Assembly (NCBI RefSeq): GCF_009914755.1 | Contig: NC_060925.1 | DNA from: the human T2T-CHM13v2.0 reference genome, Homo sapiens | Direction: 5' to 3' (one strand) | Length of the DNA stretch: 64,000 nucleotides | Part shown: positions 42,668-56,140 of the stretch, in pieces | How the letters are laid out: every line of letters starts with the position of its first letter | Numbering within the stretch: the stretch's first letter is position 1 | Position numbers and translations under genes: made by a program | Notes under the pieces: model-generated | The model's input: the letters and a program-made list of their open reading frames with translations, nothing else | Databases searched by the model: none | Told to the model about the DNA's origin: nothing

Positions 42668-44934
42668 TTTTTTTTTTTTTTGCCTTCAAGCATCTGTTTA
42701 ACAAAGCACATCTTGCACCGCCCTTAATCCATTCAACCCTGAGTGGATACAGCACATGTTTCAGATAGCACAGGGTTGGGGGTAAGGTCACAGATCAACA
42801 GGATCCCAAGGCAGAAGAATTTTTCTTAGTACAGAACAAAATGAAAAGTCTCCCACGTCTACCTCTTTCTGCACAGACACGGCAACCATCCGATTTCTCA
42901 ATCTTTTCCCCACCCTTCCCCGCTTTCTATTCCACAAAACCGCCATTGTCATCATGGCCCGTTCTCAATGAGCTGTTGGGTACACCTCCCAGACGGGGTG
43001 GTGGCCGGGCAGAGGGGCTCCTCACTTCCCAGTAGGGGCGGCCGGGCAGAGGCGCCCCTCACCTCCCGGACGGGGCGGCTGGCCGGGCAGGGGGCTGACC
43101 CCCCCACCTCCCTCCCGGACGGGGCGGCTGGCCGGGCGGGGGGCTGACCCCCCACCTCCCTCCCGGACGGGGCAGCTGGCCGGGCAGAGGGGCTCCTCAC
43201 TTCCCAGTAGGGGCGGCCGGGCAGAGGCGCCCCTCACCTCCCAGATGGGGCAGCTAGCCGGGCGGGGGGCTTACCCCCCCACCTCCCTCCCAGACGGGGC
43301 AGCTGGCCGGGCAGAGGGGCTCCTCACTTCCCAGTAGGGGCGGCTGGGCAGAGGCGCCCCTCACCTCCCGGACGGGGCGGCTAGCCGGGCGGGGGGCTTA
43401 CCCCCCCACCTCCCTCCCGGATGGGGCGGCTGGCCGGGCGGGGGGCTGACCCCCCCACCTCCCTCCCGGACGGGGCGGCTGGCCGGGCAGAGGGGCTCCT
43501 CACTTCCCAGTAGGGGCGGCCGGGCAGAGGCGCCCCTCACCTCCCGGATGGGGCGGCTGGCCGGGTGGGGGGCTGACCCCCCCACCTCCCTCCCGAACGG
43601 GGTGGCTGGCTGGGCGGGGGCTGACCCCCCCACCTCCCTCCTGGACGGAGCGGCTGGCCGGGCAGAGGGGCTCCTCACTTCCCAGTAGGGGCGGCTGGGC
43701 AGAGGCGCCCCTCACCTCCCGGACGGGGTGGCTGGCCAGGTGGGGGGCTGACCCCCCCCCACCTCCCTCCCGGACGGGGCGGCTGGCTGGGCGGGGGCTG
43801 ACCCCCCCACCTCCCTCCTGGACGGAGCGGCTGGCCGGGCAGAGGGGCTCCTCACTTCCCAGTAGGGGCGGCCTGTCAGAGGCACCCCTCACCTCCCGGA
43901 CGGGGCGGCTGGCCGGGCGGGGGGCTGAGCCCCCCACCTCCCTCCCGGAGGGGGCAGCTGGCCAGGCCGAGGGGCTCCTCACTTCCCATTAGGGGCAGCC
44001 GGGCAGAGGCGCCCCTCACCTCCCGGATGGGGCGGCTGGCCGGGCGGGGGGCTGACCCCCCCACCTCCCTCCCAGACGGGGCGGCTGGCCGGGCGAGGGG
44101 CTGACCCCCGAACCTCCCTGCCGGACAAGGTGGCTGCCGGGCAGAGACGCTCCTCACTTCCCAGACGGGGTGGCTGCCGGGCGGAGGGGCTCCTCACTTC
44201 TCAGACGGGGCGGTTGCCGGGCGGAGGGGCTCCTCACTTCTCAGACAGGACGGCCGGGCAGAGACGCTCCTCACATCCTGGACGGGGCGGCAGGGCAGAG
44301 GTGCTCCCCACATCTCAGACGATGGGCGGCCAGGCAGAGACGCTCCTCACTTCCCAGATGGGATGGCGGCCGGGAAGAGGCGCTCCTCACTTCCTAGATG
44401 GGATGGCGGCCGGGCAGAGACGCTCCTCACTTTCCAGACTGGGCAGCCAGGCAGAGGGGCTCCTCACATCCCAGATGATGGGCGGCCAGGCGGAGACGGT
44501 CCTCACTTCCCAGACGGGGTGGCGGCCGGGCAGAGGCTGCAATCTCGGCACTTTGGGAGGCCAAGGCAGGCTGCTGGGAGGTGGAGGTTGTAGCCAGCTG
44601 AGATCACGCCACTGCACTCCAGCCAGGGCACCATTGAGCACGGAGTGAACGAGACTCTGTCTGCAATCCCGGCATCTCAGGATGCCGAGGCTGGCGGATC
44701 ACTCGCGGTTAGGAGCTGGAGACCAGCCCGGCCAACACAGCGAAACCCCGTCTCCACCAAAAAAATACGAAAACCAGTCAGGCATGGTGGCGCGCGCCTG
44801 CAATCGCAGGCAGTCGGCAGGCTGAGACAGGAGAATCAGGCAGCAGTACCGTCCAGCTTCAGCTCGGCATCAGAGGGAGACCGTGGAGAGAGGGAGAGGG
44901 AGACCGTGGGGAGAGGGAGAGGGAGAGGGAGAGC
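42668..44934 (-). mobile_element. SVA retrotransposon (SVA_D-like): hexamer head, Alu-like region, VNTR, truncated SINE-R, poly(A)
   Basis: (ccctct)n head at about 44885-44933. Alu-like region about 44530-44830, GC-rich VNTR about 42985-44520, SINE-R about 42682-42985. 13-bp TSD ccaaattttcttt at 42655-42667 and 44935-44947. Confidence 0.97.
42985..44520. repeat. SVA VNTR (35-50-bp GC-rich units in higher-order arrays)
   Basis: Recurrent gggcagaggggctcctcacttcccagtaggggcggcc and cacctccctcccggacggggcggctggcc units. Confidence 0.95.
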
Positions 44935-45054
44935 CCAAATTTTCTTTATCCAATCCAACAATGTTAGAAAATGTAAGTATCTTATCTTTTCTTTTGAAAA
45001 ATACTTTAAATATTTGAAAACATTAGAAGTTTTTTGTCAGTTTCTTTTCTAATT

Positions 45055-48000
45055 TTTGATTTTTAAAATTGTTTTAGGTACGTAGTATGTGTGTATATTT
45101 ATGGGGTACATGAGGTGTTTTGATATAGGCATGCAATGTTAAATAAGTGCATAATGGGGAATGGGGTAAACATCTCCTCAAGCATTTATCTTTTAAGTTG
45201 CAAACTATCCAATTATACTCTTTAAGTTATTGTAAACTGTATAATTTAATTATTGACTATAGTCACCTTATTGTGGTGTGAAACAGTAGGTCTTTTTCAT
45301 TCTATTTTTTTGTACTCATTAACCATCCCAACCTCCCCACCTCCAACACCCAACAACCTTTCCCAGCCTCTGGTAATCATTCTACTCTCTATGTCATTAA
45401 TTCAATTGTTTTGCGTTTTAGATCCAGCAAATAAGTGAGAACATGCGATGTTTGTCTTGCGGTGTCTGGCTTATTTCACTTAACATAATGATCTCCAGTT
45501 CCATCCATGTTGTTGCAAATGACTGGATCTCATTCTTTTTTATGGCCGAATAGTACTTCATTGTGTATATGTACCATATTTTTTTTTTATCCATTCATCT
45601 GTTGATGGACACTTAGGTTGCATCCAAATCTTAACTATTGTAAACAGTGCTGTAACAAATATAGGAGTGCAGATATCTCTTCAGTATACTAATTTTCTTT
45701 CTTTTGGGTATATACCCAGCAGTGGGATTGCTGATCATATAGTAGCTCAATTTTTAGTTTTTTGAGGAACATCCAAACTGTCCTCCATAGTGGTTGTACT
45801 AATTTACATTCCCACCAACAGTGTACAAGTGTTCCTTTTTCACCACGTAATTATCAGCATTTGTTATTCCCTGTCTTTTGGATAAAAGACTTTTAACTGG
45901 ATGAGATGATATCTCATTGTAGTTTTGATTTGCATTTCTCTGATGACCAGTGATGTTGAAGACCTTTTCGTATGCCTGTTTGCCATTTGTATGTCATCTT
46001 TTGAGAAATGTCTATTCAAATCTTTTGCCCATTTTTTGATCAGATTATTAGACTTTTTCCTATAGAGTTGTTTGAGCTCCTTTTATAGTTGAGTGATTTA
46101 TCCCTTTTCAGATGGGTAGTTTTAAATATTTTATCCCATTTTGTGGGTTGTTTCTTTACTTTGTTAATTGTATGCTTTACTACACAAAGGCTTTTAAATT
46201 TGATGTGATCCCATTTGTCCATTTTTTGCTTTGGTTGCCTGTGCTTAAGGGGTATTGCTCAATAAATCTTTGCCCAAATCAATGTCTTGGAGATTTTCCT
46301 CAATTTTTTTTGTAGCAGTTTCATAGTTTGAGGTCTTAGATTTAAGTCTTTAATTCATTTTGATTTTATTTTTGTATGTGGTGATAAATAGGCATCTAGT
46401 TTTATTCTTCTGCGTCTGAATGTCTGGTTTTCTCAGCACCACTTATTGAAGAGGCTGTCTTTTCCCCAGTGTATGTACTTGGCAACTTTGTCAAAAATGA
46501 GTTCACTGTAGGTGTGTGGATTTGTTTCTAGGTTCTGTGTTCTGATCCATTGGTCTATATGTCTGTTTTTATGCCAGTACCATGCTGTTTTGGTTACTAT
46601 AGCTCTGTAGTACAATGTGAAGTTAGGTAATGTGATTCCTCCCGTTTTATTCTTTTTTGGTTAGAATAGCTTTGGCTATTCTGGGTCTTTTTTAGTTCCA
46701 TATAAATTTTAGGATTTTTTTTCTATTTCTGTGAAGAATGTCATTAGTATTTTGATAGAGATTACATTGAATCAATAGATTGCTTTGGGTAGTATAGGCG
46801 TTTTAATATTGGTTATTCCAATCCATGTACATGAAATGTTTCCATTTTTTGGTGTCCTCTTCAATTTCTTTCATCAGTGTTTTATAGTTTTCATTATAGA
46901 GATCTTTCACTTCTTTGGTTAAGTTAATTTCTAGGTGTTTAATTTTATATGTGGTTATTGTAAATGGGATTACTTTTTATTATTTTTTTCACATTGTTCA
47001 CTGTTGGGATATAGAAATGGTACTGAATTTTGAATTTTGATTTTGTATCCCGCAACTTTACTGAATCTGTTTATCAGCTCGTTCTAATAGTTTTTTGGTG
47101 GAATCTTCAGGTTTTTTCAAATATAAGATTATATCATCTGAAAACAATTTGACATCTTTCTTTCCAACTTGGATGACCTTTATATCTTTCTCTTGTCTGC
47201 TCTAGGTAAGACTTCCAGTACTGTGTAGAATAAAAGTGGTGACAGTGGGCATCCTTGCTGTGTTTCAGGTCTTAGAGGAAAGGCTTTCAGTTTTTCCCCA
47301 TTCAGTATGACACAAGCTGTAAGTCTGTTGTATATGGCTTTTATTATGTTGAGGTATGTTCCTTTTATCTTCAGTTTTTTAGGGTTTTTTAAATCATGAA
47401 AAGATATTGAATTTTATCAAATGCTTTTTGAGCATCAATTGAAATATCATATAGTTTCTATCTTTTTTTTTTGATATGATATATCACATTGATTTGAATA
47501 TGTTGAACCATCCTTGCATCCCAGGGATAAATCCCGCTGGGTCATGATGAATGATCTTCCTAATGTATTGCTGAATTTGGTTTGTTAGTATTTTGTTGAG
47601 GATTTTTGCATCAATATTTATCAGAGATATTGGGCTGTAGTTTTCTTTTTGATTTGTCCTGGTTTTGGTATCAGGGTAATCCTGGCCTTGTAGAATGAGT
47701 TTGGAAGTATTCCTTCCTCCTTTATTTTTTGGAATAGTTTGAGTAATAATGGTATTAATTATTTAAATGTTTGGTAGAAGTCAGCAATGAAGCTATCAGG
47801 TTCTGGGCTTTTCTTTAATGGGTGACTTTTTATTATGGCTTCGATCTTGTTACTTGTTACTGGTCTGTTCAGGTTTTGGATTTTGTCCTGGTTCAATCTT
47901 GGTAGGTAGTATATATCTAGGAGTTCATCCATTTCTTCTAGATTTTCCAATTTATTGACATATATTAATATTTGCTTATAGTAGCCACTAATGATTCTTT

Positions 48001-49826
48001 GAATTTCTGCAGAATCAGTTGTAATGTCCCCCTTTTCATTGCTGATTTTATTTAGTTGGATCTTCTCTCTTTTTTTCTTAGTCTGGCTAAAGGTTTGTCA
48101 ATTTTAACTTAAAATTTTTTTTTTGTTTCATTGATGTTTTGTATTTTTTTCATTTCAATTTCATGTATTTCTGCTCTGATCTTTATTATTTCTTTTCTTG
48201 TACTAATTTTGGGTTTGTTTTGCTCTTGCTTTTCTAGTTCTTTTAGATGCATCATTAAATTGTTCCTTTGAAGTTTTTTTTCTCTTTTTTGATATAGGCA
48301 CTTATAGCTATAAACTTCCCTCTTAGTACTGCTTTTGCTTTTGGTAAGGTAATTCAGAGGCATGTTTCACAGTTTCCCAGAAATTCCTCAGGTTTTGATA
48401 TGTTATGTTTCAATTATCATTTGTTTCAAGAACTTTTTCAATTTCTTTCTCAATTTCTTCATTGACCAATTCGTCATTCAGGATCATATTGTTTAATTTC
48501 CATGTATTTGTATAGTTATCAAAATTCCTCCTTATTAATTTCTAGTTTTATTCCATTGTAGTCAGAGAGAATGCTTGACATCATTTTAACTTTTTTTGAA
48601 TGTTTTTAGACGTGTTTTGTGATCTAATATATGGTCTGTCCTTGAGAATGATCCATGTGCTGAGGAAAAGAATGTGTATTCTGCAGTTCTTGGATGAAAC
48701 AGCCTGTAAATATCTCTTAAGTCCTTTTAGTCTATAGTGCAGATTAAGTCTAATGTCTCTGTTAAATTTTGGTCTGTAAGTTTTGTCCAATGCTGAAAGT
48801 GGGGTGTTGAAATCTCCAGCTATTATTGTATTGGGCCTATCTCACTCTTTAGCTCTAACAATATTTCCTTTATATGTCTGAGTGCTCCAGTGTGAGGTGC
48901 ATATACATTTAAAATTGTTATATCCTCTTGCTGAATTGACCCCTTTTATCATTATATAGTGACCTTCTTTGTCTCTTCTTACGGTTTTTTTCTTGACATC
49001 TATTTTGTCTGATACAAGTATAGTGACTCCTACATTTTTGGTTTCCATTGGCATAAAATATCTCTTTCCATGCCTTTTTATTCAGTCTCTGTGTGTCTTT
49101 ATACATGAAGTGTGTGTCTTGTAGGCAACAGATCAATTGGTCTTGTCTTTTCATCCATTTAGCCAGTCTCTGTCTTTTAATTGGATAGTTTAGCTCACTT
49201 ACATTCAATGTTATTATTGATGAGTAAGGACTCACTTCTGCTATTTGGCTGTTTTCTGCTCTTCTCTTCCTCATTCTTTCTTTTCTGTCTTTCTCTAGTG
49301 AAGTTTTCTCTGGTGATGTAATTTAGCTTTCTGCTTTTTATATTTTGTGTATCCATTATATGTTTTCTGGTTTGAGGTTACCATAAGGTTTGCAAATACT
49401 ATCTTATAACCCATTATTTTAGCCTGATAACACCTTAATGCTATTTGCATAAACAAACAAACAAGCCAAAAGAAAACTAATAAAAACTCTATGTCTTATC
49501 TTTGTCTGTTTTTCAACTTTTTATTGTTTCTATTGATATCTTGTTATATCGAGTATGTTTTGAAAAGTTGTGTTACTTATTATTTTTGATTGGTTCATCA
49601 TCTAGTCTTTCTACTTAGGATAAGAGTAGTTTACACACTACAGTTACAATGTTATAATATTCAGTGTTTTTCTGTGTATTTACTATTATTGCTGAGTTTT
49701 GTACCTTCAGGTGATTATTTATTGTACATTAATGTTCTTTTCTTTCCGATGGAAGTACCCCCATTAGCATTTATTGTAGAATAAACCTGGGATAAAATCC
49801 TTCAGCTTTTGTTTGTCTGGGAAAGT
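45055..49826 (-). mobile_element. L1MA1/2-like element, 3' portion (3'UTR, ORF2, inter-ORF, ORF1 end)
   Basis: L1MA-type 3' end. Minus-strand ORFs [23 protein letters not shown]...CCLQDTH and LPRLNQ. Confidence 0.9.
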
Positions 49827-50153
<327 letters not shown>

Positions 50154-50182
50154 CTCATTTTTCTTCCTCAAGAAATACTGTG

Positions 50183-52216
50183 GCCACACAGTATTCCATG
50201 GTTTATATGTACCACATTTTTCTTATCCAGTCTATCATTGATGGGCATTTAGGTTCATTCTATGACTTTGCTATTGTAAATAGGGCAACAATAAACATAT
50301 GCATGCTTGCATCTTTATAATAGAATTATTTATATTTCTTTGGGTATATACCCAGTAATGGGATTACTGGGTCAAATGGCAGTTCTTTTTTAGCTCTTTG
50401 AGAAATCTCCACACTGCTTTCCACAGTGATTGAACTAATTTACACTCCCACCAACAGTGTAAAAATGTTCCTTTTTCCCCACATCTGTTGTTTTTTGACT
50501 TTTTAGTAATAGCCATTCTGATTGTTGTGAGATGGTATCTCATGTGGTTTTGATTTGCATTTCTCTGGTAACTAGTGATGTTGATATTTTTTTCATAAGT
50601 TTGTTGGCTGCAATGTATGTCTTCTTTTGAGAAGTGTCTGTTTATGTCCTTTGCCCACTTTTTAGTGGGGTTGTTTTTTTTTTCTTGTACATTTGTTCAA
50701 GTTCCTTATAGATTCTGGATACTGGTCCTTTGTCAGATGGATAGATGCAAAAATTTTCCCTCATTCTGTAGGTTGTCTCTTTATTTCTTTTGCTGTGCTG
50801 ATGCTCTTTAGTTTAATTAGATCTCATTTGTCAATTTTGCTTTTGTTGTAATTGCTTTTGGTATCTTTGTCATGAAACCTTTGCCCATGCCTATATCCTG
50901 AATTATATTGCCTAGATTTTCTTTTAGGGTTTTTATAGTTTTGAGTTTTACATTTAAGTCTTTAATCCATCTTGAGTTAATTTTTATATATATTGTAAGG
51001 AAGGGTTCCAGTTTCGATTTTCTGCATATGGCTAACCAATTTTCCCAGCACCATTTATTAAATAGGGAATCCTTTCCCCATTGCTTGTTTTTGTCAGGTT
51101 TGTTGATGATCAGATGGCTATTGGTGTACAGTCTTATTTCTGAGTTCTCTATTCTGTTCCATTGGTCTATGTGTCTGTTCTTGTACCAGTACCATGCTGT
51201 TTTTGTTTACAGTAGCCTTGTAGGATAGTTTGAAGTTGGGTAGTGTGATGCCTTCAGCTTTGTTCTTTTGCTTAGGATTGACTTGGCTCTTCGGGCTCTT
51301 TTTTGGTTCCCTATGAATTTTAAAATAGTTATTAAAATATTCTGTGAAGGATGTCAATGGTAGTTAAATGGGAATAGCATTGAATATATAAACTGCTTTG
51401 GGCATTATGGCCATTTTCATGATATTGATTCTTCCTATCCATGAGTATGGAATGTTTCTCTGTATCCTCTCTGGTTTCTCTGAGCAGCGGTTTGTAGTTC
51501 TCCTTGAAGATGTCCTTTACTTCCTTTGTTAGCTATATTCCTAGGTATTTTATTCTTTTTGTAGGAATTGTGAATGGGAGTTCATTCATGATTTTGCTCT
51601 CTCCTTGCCTGTTTTTGGTGTATAGGAATGCTAGCGATATTTGCACATTGATTTTATATCCTGAGACTTGGCTGAAGTTGCTTATCAGCTTAAGGTGCTT
51701 TTGGGCTGAGACAGTGGGGTTTTCTAGATATAGGATTATGTCATCCTAATAACATAATTTGACTTCCTCTCTTCCTATTTGAATACCTTTTATTTCTTTC
51801 TCTTGCCTTATTGCCCTGGCCAGAACTTACAATACTATGTTGAATAGGAGTGGTGAGAGAGGGCATTCTTGTCTTGTGCCAATTTTCAAGGGGAAGGCTT
51901 TCAGCTTTTGCCCATTCAGTATGATATTTGCTATGGGCTTGTTGTATGTGGCTGTTATTATTTTGAATTATGTCCCCTCAATACCTAGTTTACTGAGCAT
52001 TTTAAACATGAAGAGATGTTGAATTTTATTGAAGTCCTTTTCTGCATCTATTGAGATAATCATGTGGTTTTTGTTTTTCTGTTTATGTGTTGTTTTGTCT
52101 TTCTGTTTATGTGTTTATGTTATGTTTTGTCTTTCATTTATTGATTTGCATATGTTGAACCAACCTTGCCTCTCAGGAATGAAGCCAACCGGATCATAGT
52201 GGATAAGTTTTTTGAT
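50183..52216 (-). mobile_element. L1PA/PB ORF2 C-terminal fragment lacking 3'UTR
   Basis: Antisense ORF2 (KAEGITLPNFKL; aatactatgttgaataggagtggtgagagagggc). Confidence 0.9.
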
Positions 52217-52624
52217 AACACAGTTATTTTGAATTCTGTGTCTGAAAGGTCAATATCTCTGTTTCTCTTTGATTGATCCCTGGTGCCTTAGTTCTTCTGG
52301 TGAGGTCATGTTTTCCTGGATGGTGTTGATGCCAGTAGACATTCTTCAGTGTCTTGACATTGAAGAATTAGGTATTATTGTAGTTTTCACTGTCTGGGCT
52401 TATTTGTAGCCACCCTTCTTGGGAAGGCTTTCCAGATATTTGAAAGGACCGGGGTGTTGTGATCTAAGCCACGTCTGCCTTAGGGGGCACCCCAAGCCCA
52501 GTAACACTGTGGTTCTCACAGACTTGTAGAGGCACTTTGATGGTCTTGGACAAAATCCTGGAGAATTCCCTGAATTACCAGGCAGACTCTAGTTCTCTTC
52601 CCTTACTTTCTTTTAAACCTACAG

Positions 52625-52664
<40 letters not shown>

Positions 52665-54157
52665 GTGCCATCTAAAGTTGGGGATGAAATGACATAAGCA
52701 CCCTGTGGATACCACTACTATGACTGTGCTAGATCAGACATGAAGCTAGCACAGCACTGGGTCTTGCCCAAGGCCTGCTGTAACCACTCCTTGGCTACTG
52801 CCTGTGTTCACTCAAGGCTCTTGGGCTCTACAATCTTCAGGTGGCAAAGCCAGACAGGCCTGTGCTCTTCCTTTCAGGGGGCTGAGGTCCCAGAGGCCCC
52901 AGATAGGTCCAGAAATGCCTTCCAGGACTCAGGGACTACAGTCAAAAACCTTAGAAGTCACCCTGCTGTTCTATTGTACTGCAGCTGAGCTGGCACTCAA
53001 ACAACAAGACACAGTCCTTCCCACCCTTTCCTGCCTCTTCCAAAGGCAGAAGAGCCTCACCCCATAGTCATTACCACCCCAGGCCATGAGGAGTATGTCA
53101 GACTACCACCAATGTTCCCTTAAGGCCCAAGGTCTCTTAAGGCAGCTTCTCATGAATGCTGTCTGGACCAAGACTCAACCTTTAAGGCAGTGGACTCTGT
53201 CTGGTCTGAGGCAAGTCCAGAAATGCCATTTAAGAGTCAAATTCTTGAACTGGGGACTCCAACAGCCCACTTGGTGCAGCAGGTTCTTTCTGGACCAGGA
53301 TGTGTTTAGAAATGTCACCTGGGAGCTAGGTGCTGGAACAAGGACCTCTCAACTCTGACCAGTGTTCTCTCGTGCTGTGGCTGAGCTGGTATCCTAGATG
53401 CAAGACAAAGTCTTCCCTACTCTTTCTTCATCTCTTCTGAAGTGGAAGGAAGGGGTCTCTTTTGGAGCCTTGAGCTGTGCAGCCTGGGGTGAGGGGAGGG
53501 ATGATACCAGTACTCCTTTGGCTGCCTCAGCTGATGTCTCAGTATGTTGTATGCACCTTCAGTCCACTGTTTCTGGGCCTAGTTCAGCACTAGGACTCAC
53601 CTAAGAGTTGCAGTCATTATGGCCTAGAATGCCTTTCAAGTTTACTTGGAGACACAGAGTGCTTGTAGCCCTTGGTGGCAAAGTTTGCAGGCTCTCAATT
53701 TGGACCTCTCGGATCGGTGATTCCCCTCTGGCTAGGGTTGATTTAAATGCTCTCTCCACGGGCCGGCATCAGCTGAGTTTGGTCTGGTTTTCCTTTCTGC
53801 TTTAACAGAATAGCACTATATTCAATGCCTCATAATTGCTGTGCTCTACCTTCCTTGACACTCAGAAATGCTCCCTGTGCCACGCCACCACTGCTGGGGT
53901 GGAGGGTGGGGATGCGGGGTGGTGGGGAGAGTTGGGGGTGGTGATGGGAGGGGTAGACTTGGTGATTCAGGACTGTTTTTCCTGTCTCTTCAGTGCCTTT
54001 TTCAGTGATATGAAGTTAAAACCAGGTACTGTGAGTGCTCACATAATTTTTGGTTCTTATGAAGGTGTTTTTTCTTCTATGTAGATAGTTGTTAACTTGG
54101 TGTCCTTACTGCAGCCTGATTAGTGAAGCCTTCTGTTCCACTATCTTGCTCTACTCA
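52217..54157 (-). mobile_element. L1MA 5' portion (ORF1 N-terminus and 5'UTR), probably the same element as 45055-49826
   Basis: Minus-strand start gagtagagcaagatagtggaacagaa resembles the L1M 5' terminus. (CT)n at 52627-52659. Confidence 0.75.
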
Positions 54158-56140
54158 GTGTTTGAAAGACATTGCTCTGCTATCTTCTGGCTTGCTTTAT
54201 TTCTGATGGCATTCAGCTCTTTTGTACATAATGTGCTGCCATTTTCCTTGGCTGCTTTTAATATTTTATCTTTATCACTGAATTTAAGCAATTTGATCGC
54301 TATGTACCTTGGTGTAGTTTTATCAATGTTTCATGTACGTGGGATTCACTGAGGTTCTCTGACCTGTGAGTTTCAGTTTTTATCAAATTTGGACAATTTT
54401 TTGGTCACTACTTTTCCAAAACCTTTTTGTTTCTTCTCTGTATGTCATATGTATGTCTAATTACACATGTATTAGATCACTTGAAGTTGGTCTGAAGCTC
54501 ACAGATATTGTAGTTTTTAATTTTTAAAATATATTTTTCTCTATGTGCTTTATTTTGGATAGTTTCTATTGTTTTCCATTTCACTAATATTTTCTTCTTC
54601 AAAGTCTAATCTGCTTTTATATCTATTCAGTTTATAGTGTAATCTTCTTTATCTCACATATTTTGTCTCTCAAAGTTACATTTGGGTGTTTTTAAAATAT
54701 CTTTCATGTCTCTACTGAATGTGTTCTATGTTTCCTTTAGCTCCTTGAACATAGCAATACAATTATAATTTATGATGTGCTGGAAAATATTTGAAAACTA
54801 GCTCTGGGAAAACAAAATAATACAGCTCTTATGTGTTGCATTTGCCAGTTTCTGTGCTTTAAGTAATCTCACAATAGCTGAATTCAAGAAACCAACATGT
54901 AATCACTGAATGTACATTTGGGAGAAAATGCATGGTAGTATCACACTATTACATAGTATCTTCACCCTAGAGTACCATAACCTTGAGTAACCACAGAAGC
55001 ATAAATTATACTAAAATGTAGTAAAACAGTTGGCAAGTTATGAGTTTTAGTATTTATTAGCTTTGTTTTAATATAAATTATTTCACTATACATTTATATA
55101 ATTTAATTAAAAATAACGACTATGTTTAGCAACTGGCTTGCAAATTTCCCAACAATTGGGAATGATTGAATAATTAGCTCTCATGGACCAGTGTGCTATG
55201 ACTCCAGCACAGCACTGGATAGTAATTTTTAATGTCTTTGTCTATTAATTCTATCTGTAGTCATTTATGGATCAGTTTTGTTTGATTTTTTTCCTCCATA
55301 TTGTGGGTCATACTTTCCTCTATCTTCTGATGTCTGGTGGTTGGATGATTGAATGGCAGACATTGTACATTTTACTTTTTTTGTGCTGGGTATTTTTGTA
55401 CTATTATATTATTGACTATTATTTTATTATATTGATATTACAATATTGCTTGTAATATTATATTATTGACTCTTGCTTCATAACATGATTTAATTTTTTA
55501 GAATGTTGAATCCTTTCTGGTCCTAAATTTAAGTGTTTTTGTTTGTTTGTGAGACCAGAACAGCATTTTGTATAGGGTTAGTTTTTGCCAGTACTGTGGC
55601 AAAACTCTTTTGAGTACTCTACTAAATGCCCTGTGGATTGTTAAATTCCCTACTGGTGGAAATAGAAACTATTCCCCAAGAGTTTTCTGGTCATTTTAGG
55701 TGGCTCTTTTCCTGGTTTGGGTAGTTTTTTTCACATGCATGGGTTGATCAGTATGCAGATGAAGACTCAATGGGACTCTCTGCAAATCTCTTCATCTTTT
55801 CCACCCTCTTTCTTCTCTCCTGTCTAATACTCTGTCCTGCAAACTATAGCTGCCTTGACCTTTCTAGATTTTCAGCTCTGTTCAACTCCAGAAGAACCAT
55901 ATGCTCTTCCTGAATTCTCCCAACCTGCACTATGGCCTGGAAACTGTCTTTGGCAGATCACTGGTGCAATTGTAGAGCATCCTGTTTGTTTCCCATTTTT
56001 CAGGGATGACTGTCTTTCATTGCCTGATATCTAGTGTCTTGCTAAGCAATGTTTCATATATTTTTTCCTTTGTTTATCAATACTTGTGCATATGTGATAG
56101 TAAAACTGGTCTCTGTCATTCCATTTAGACTGACATTGAA
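54158..56140 (-). mobile_element. Ancient L1M 5'/ORF1 remnants
   Basis: ggctgcttttaatattttatctttatcactg; ttttatcaaatttggacaa; gactctctgcaaatctc motifs. Confidence 0.6.
54772..55218 (-). mobile_element. MER63B-like hAT relic
   Basis: gtgctggaaaatatttgaaaactagctct at left and gactccagcacagcactg at right. Shares termini with the 14655-14866 element in the opposite orientation. Confidence 0.7.

Noticed and set aside
42841-45052. Cluster of long Pro/Gly/Arg-rich ORFs and a regular repeat array resembling a CRISPR or CpG-island gene
   Set aside because: Entirely SVA VNTR. The units are tandem with no unique spacers, and the ORFs stay open only because GC-rich repeats lack stops.
52740-54352. Run of + strand ORFs of 65-90 aa
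   Set aside because: They lie in the antisense of an L1MA 5'UTR and show no protein family resemblance.
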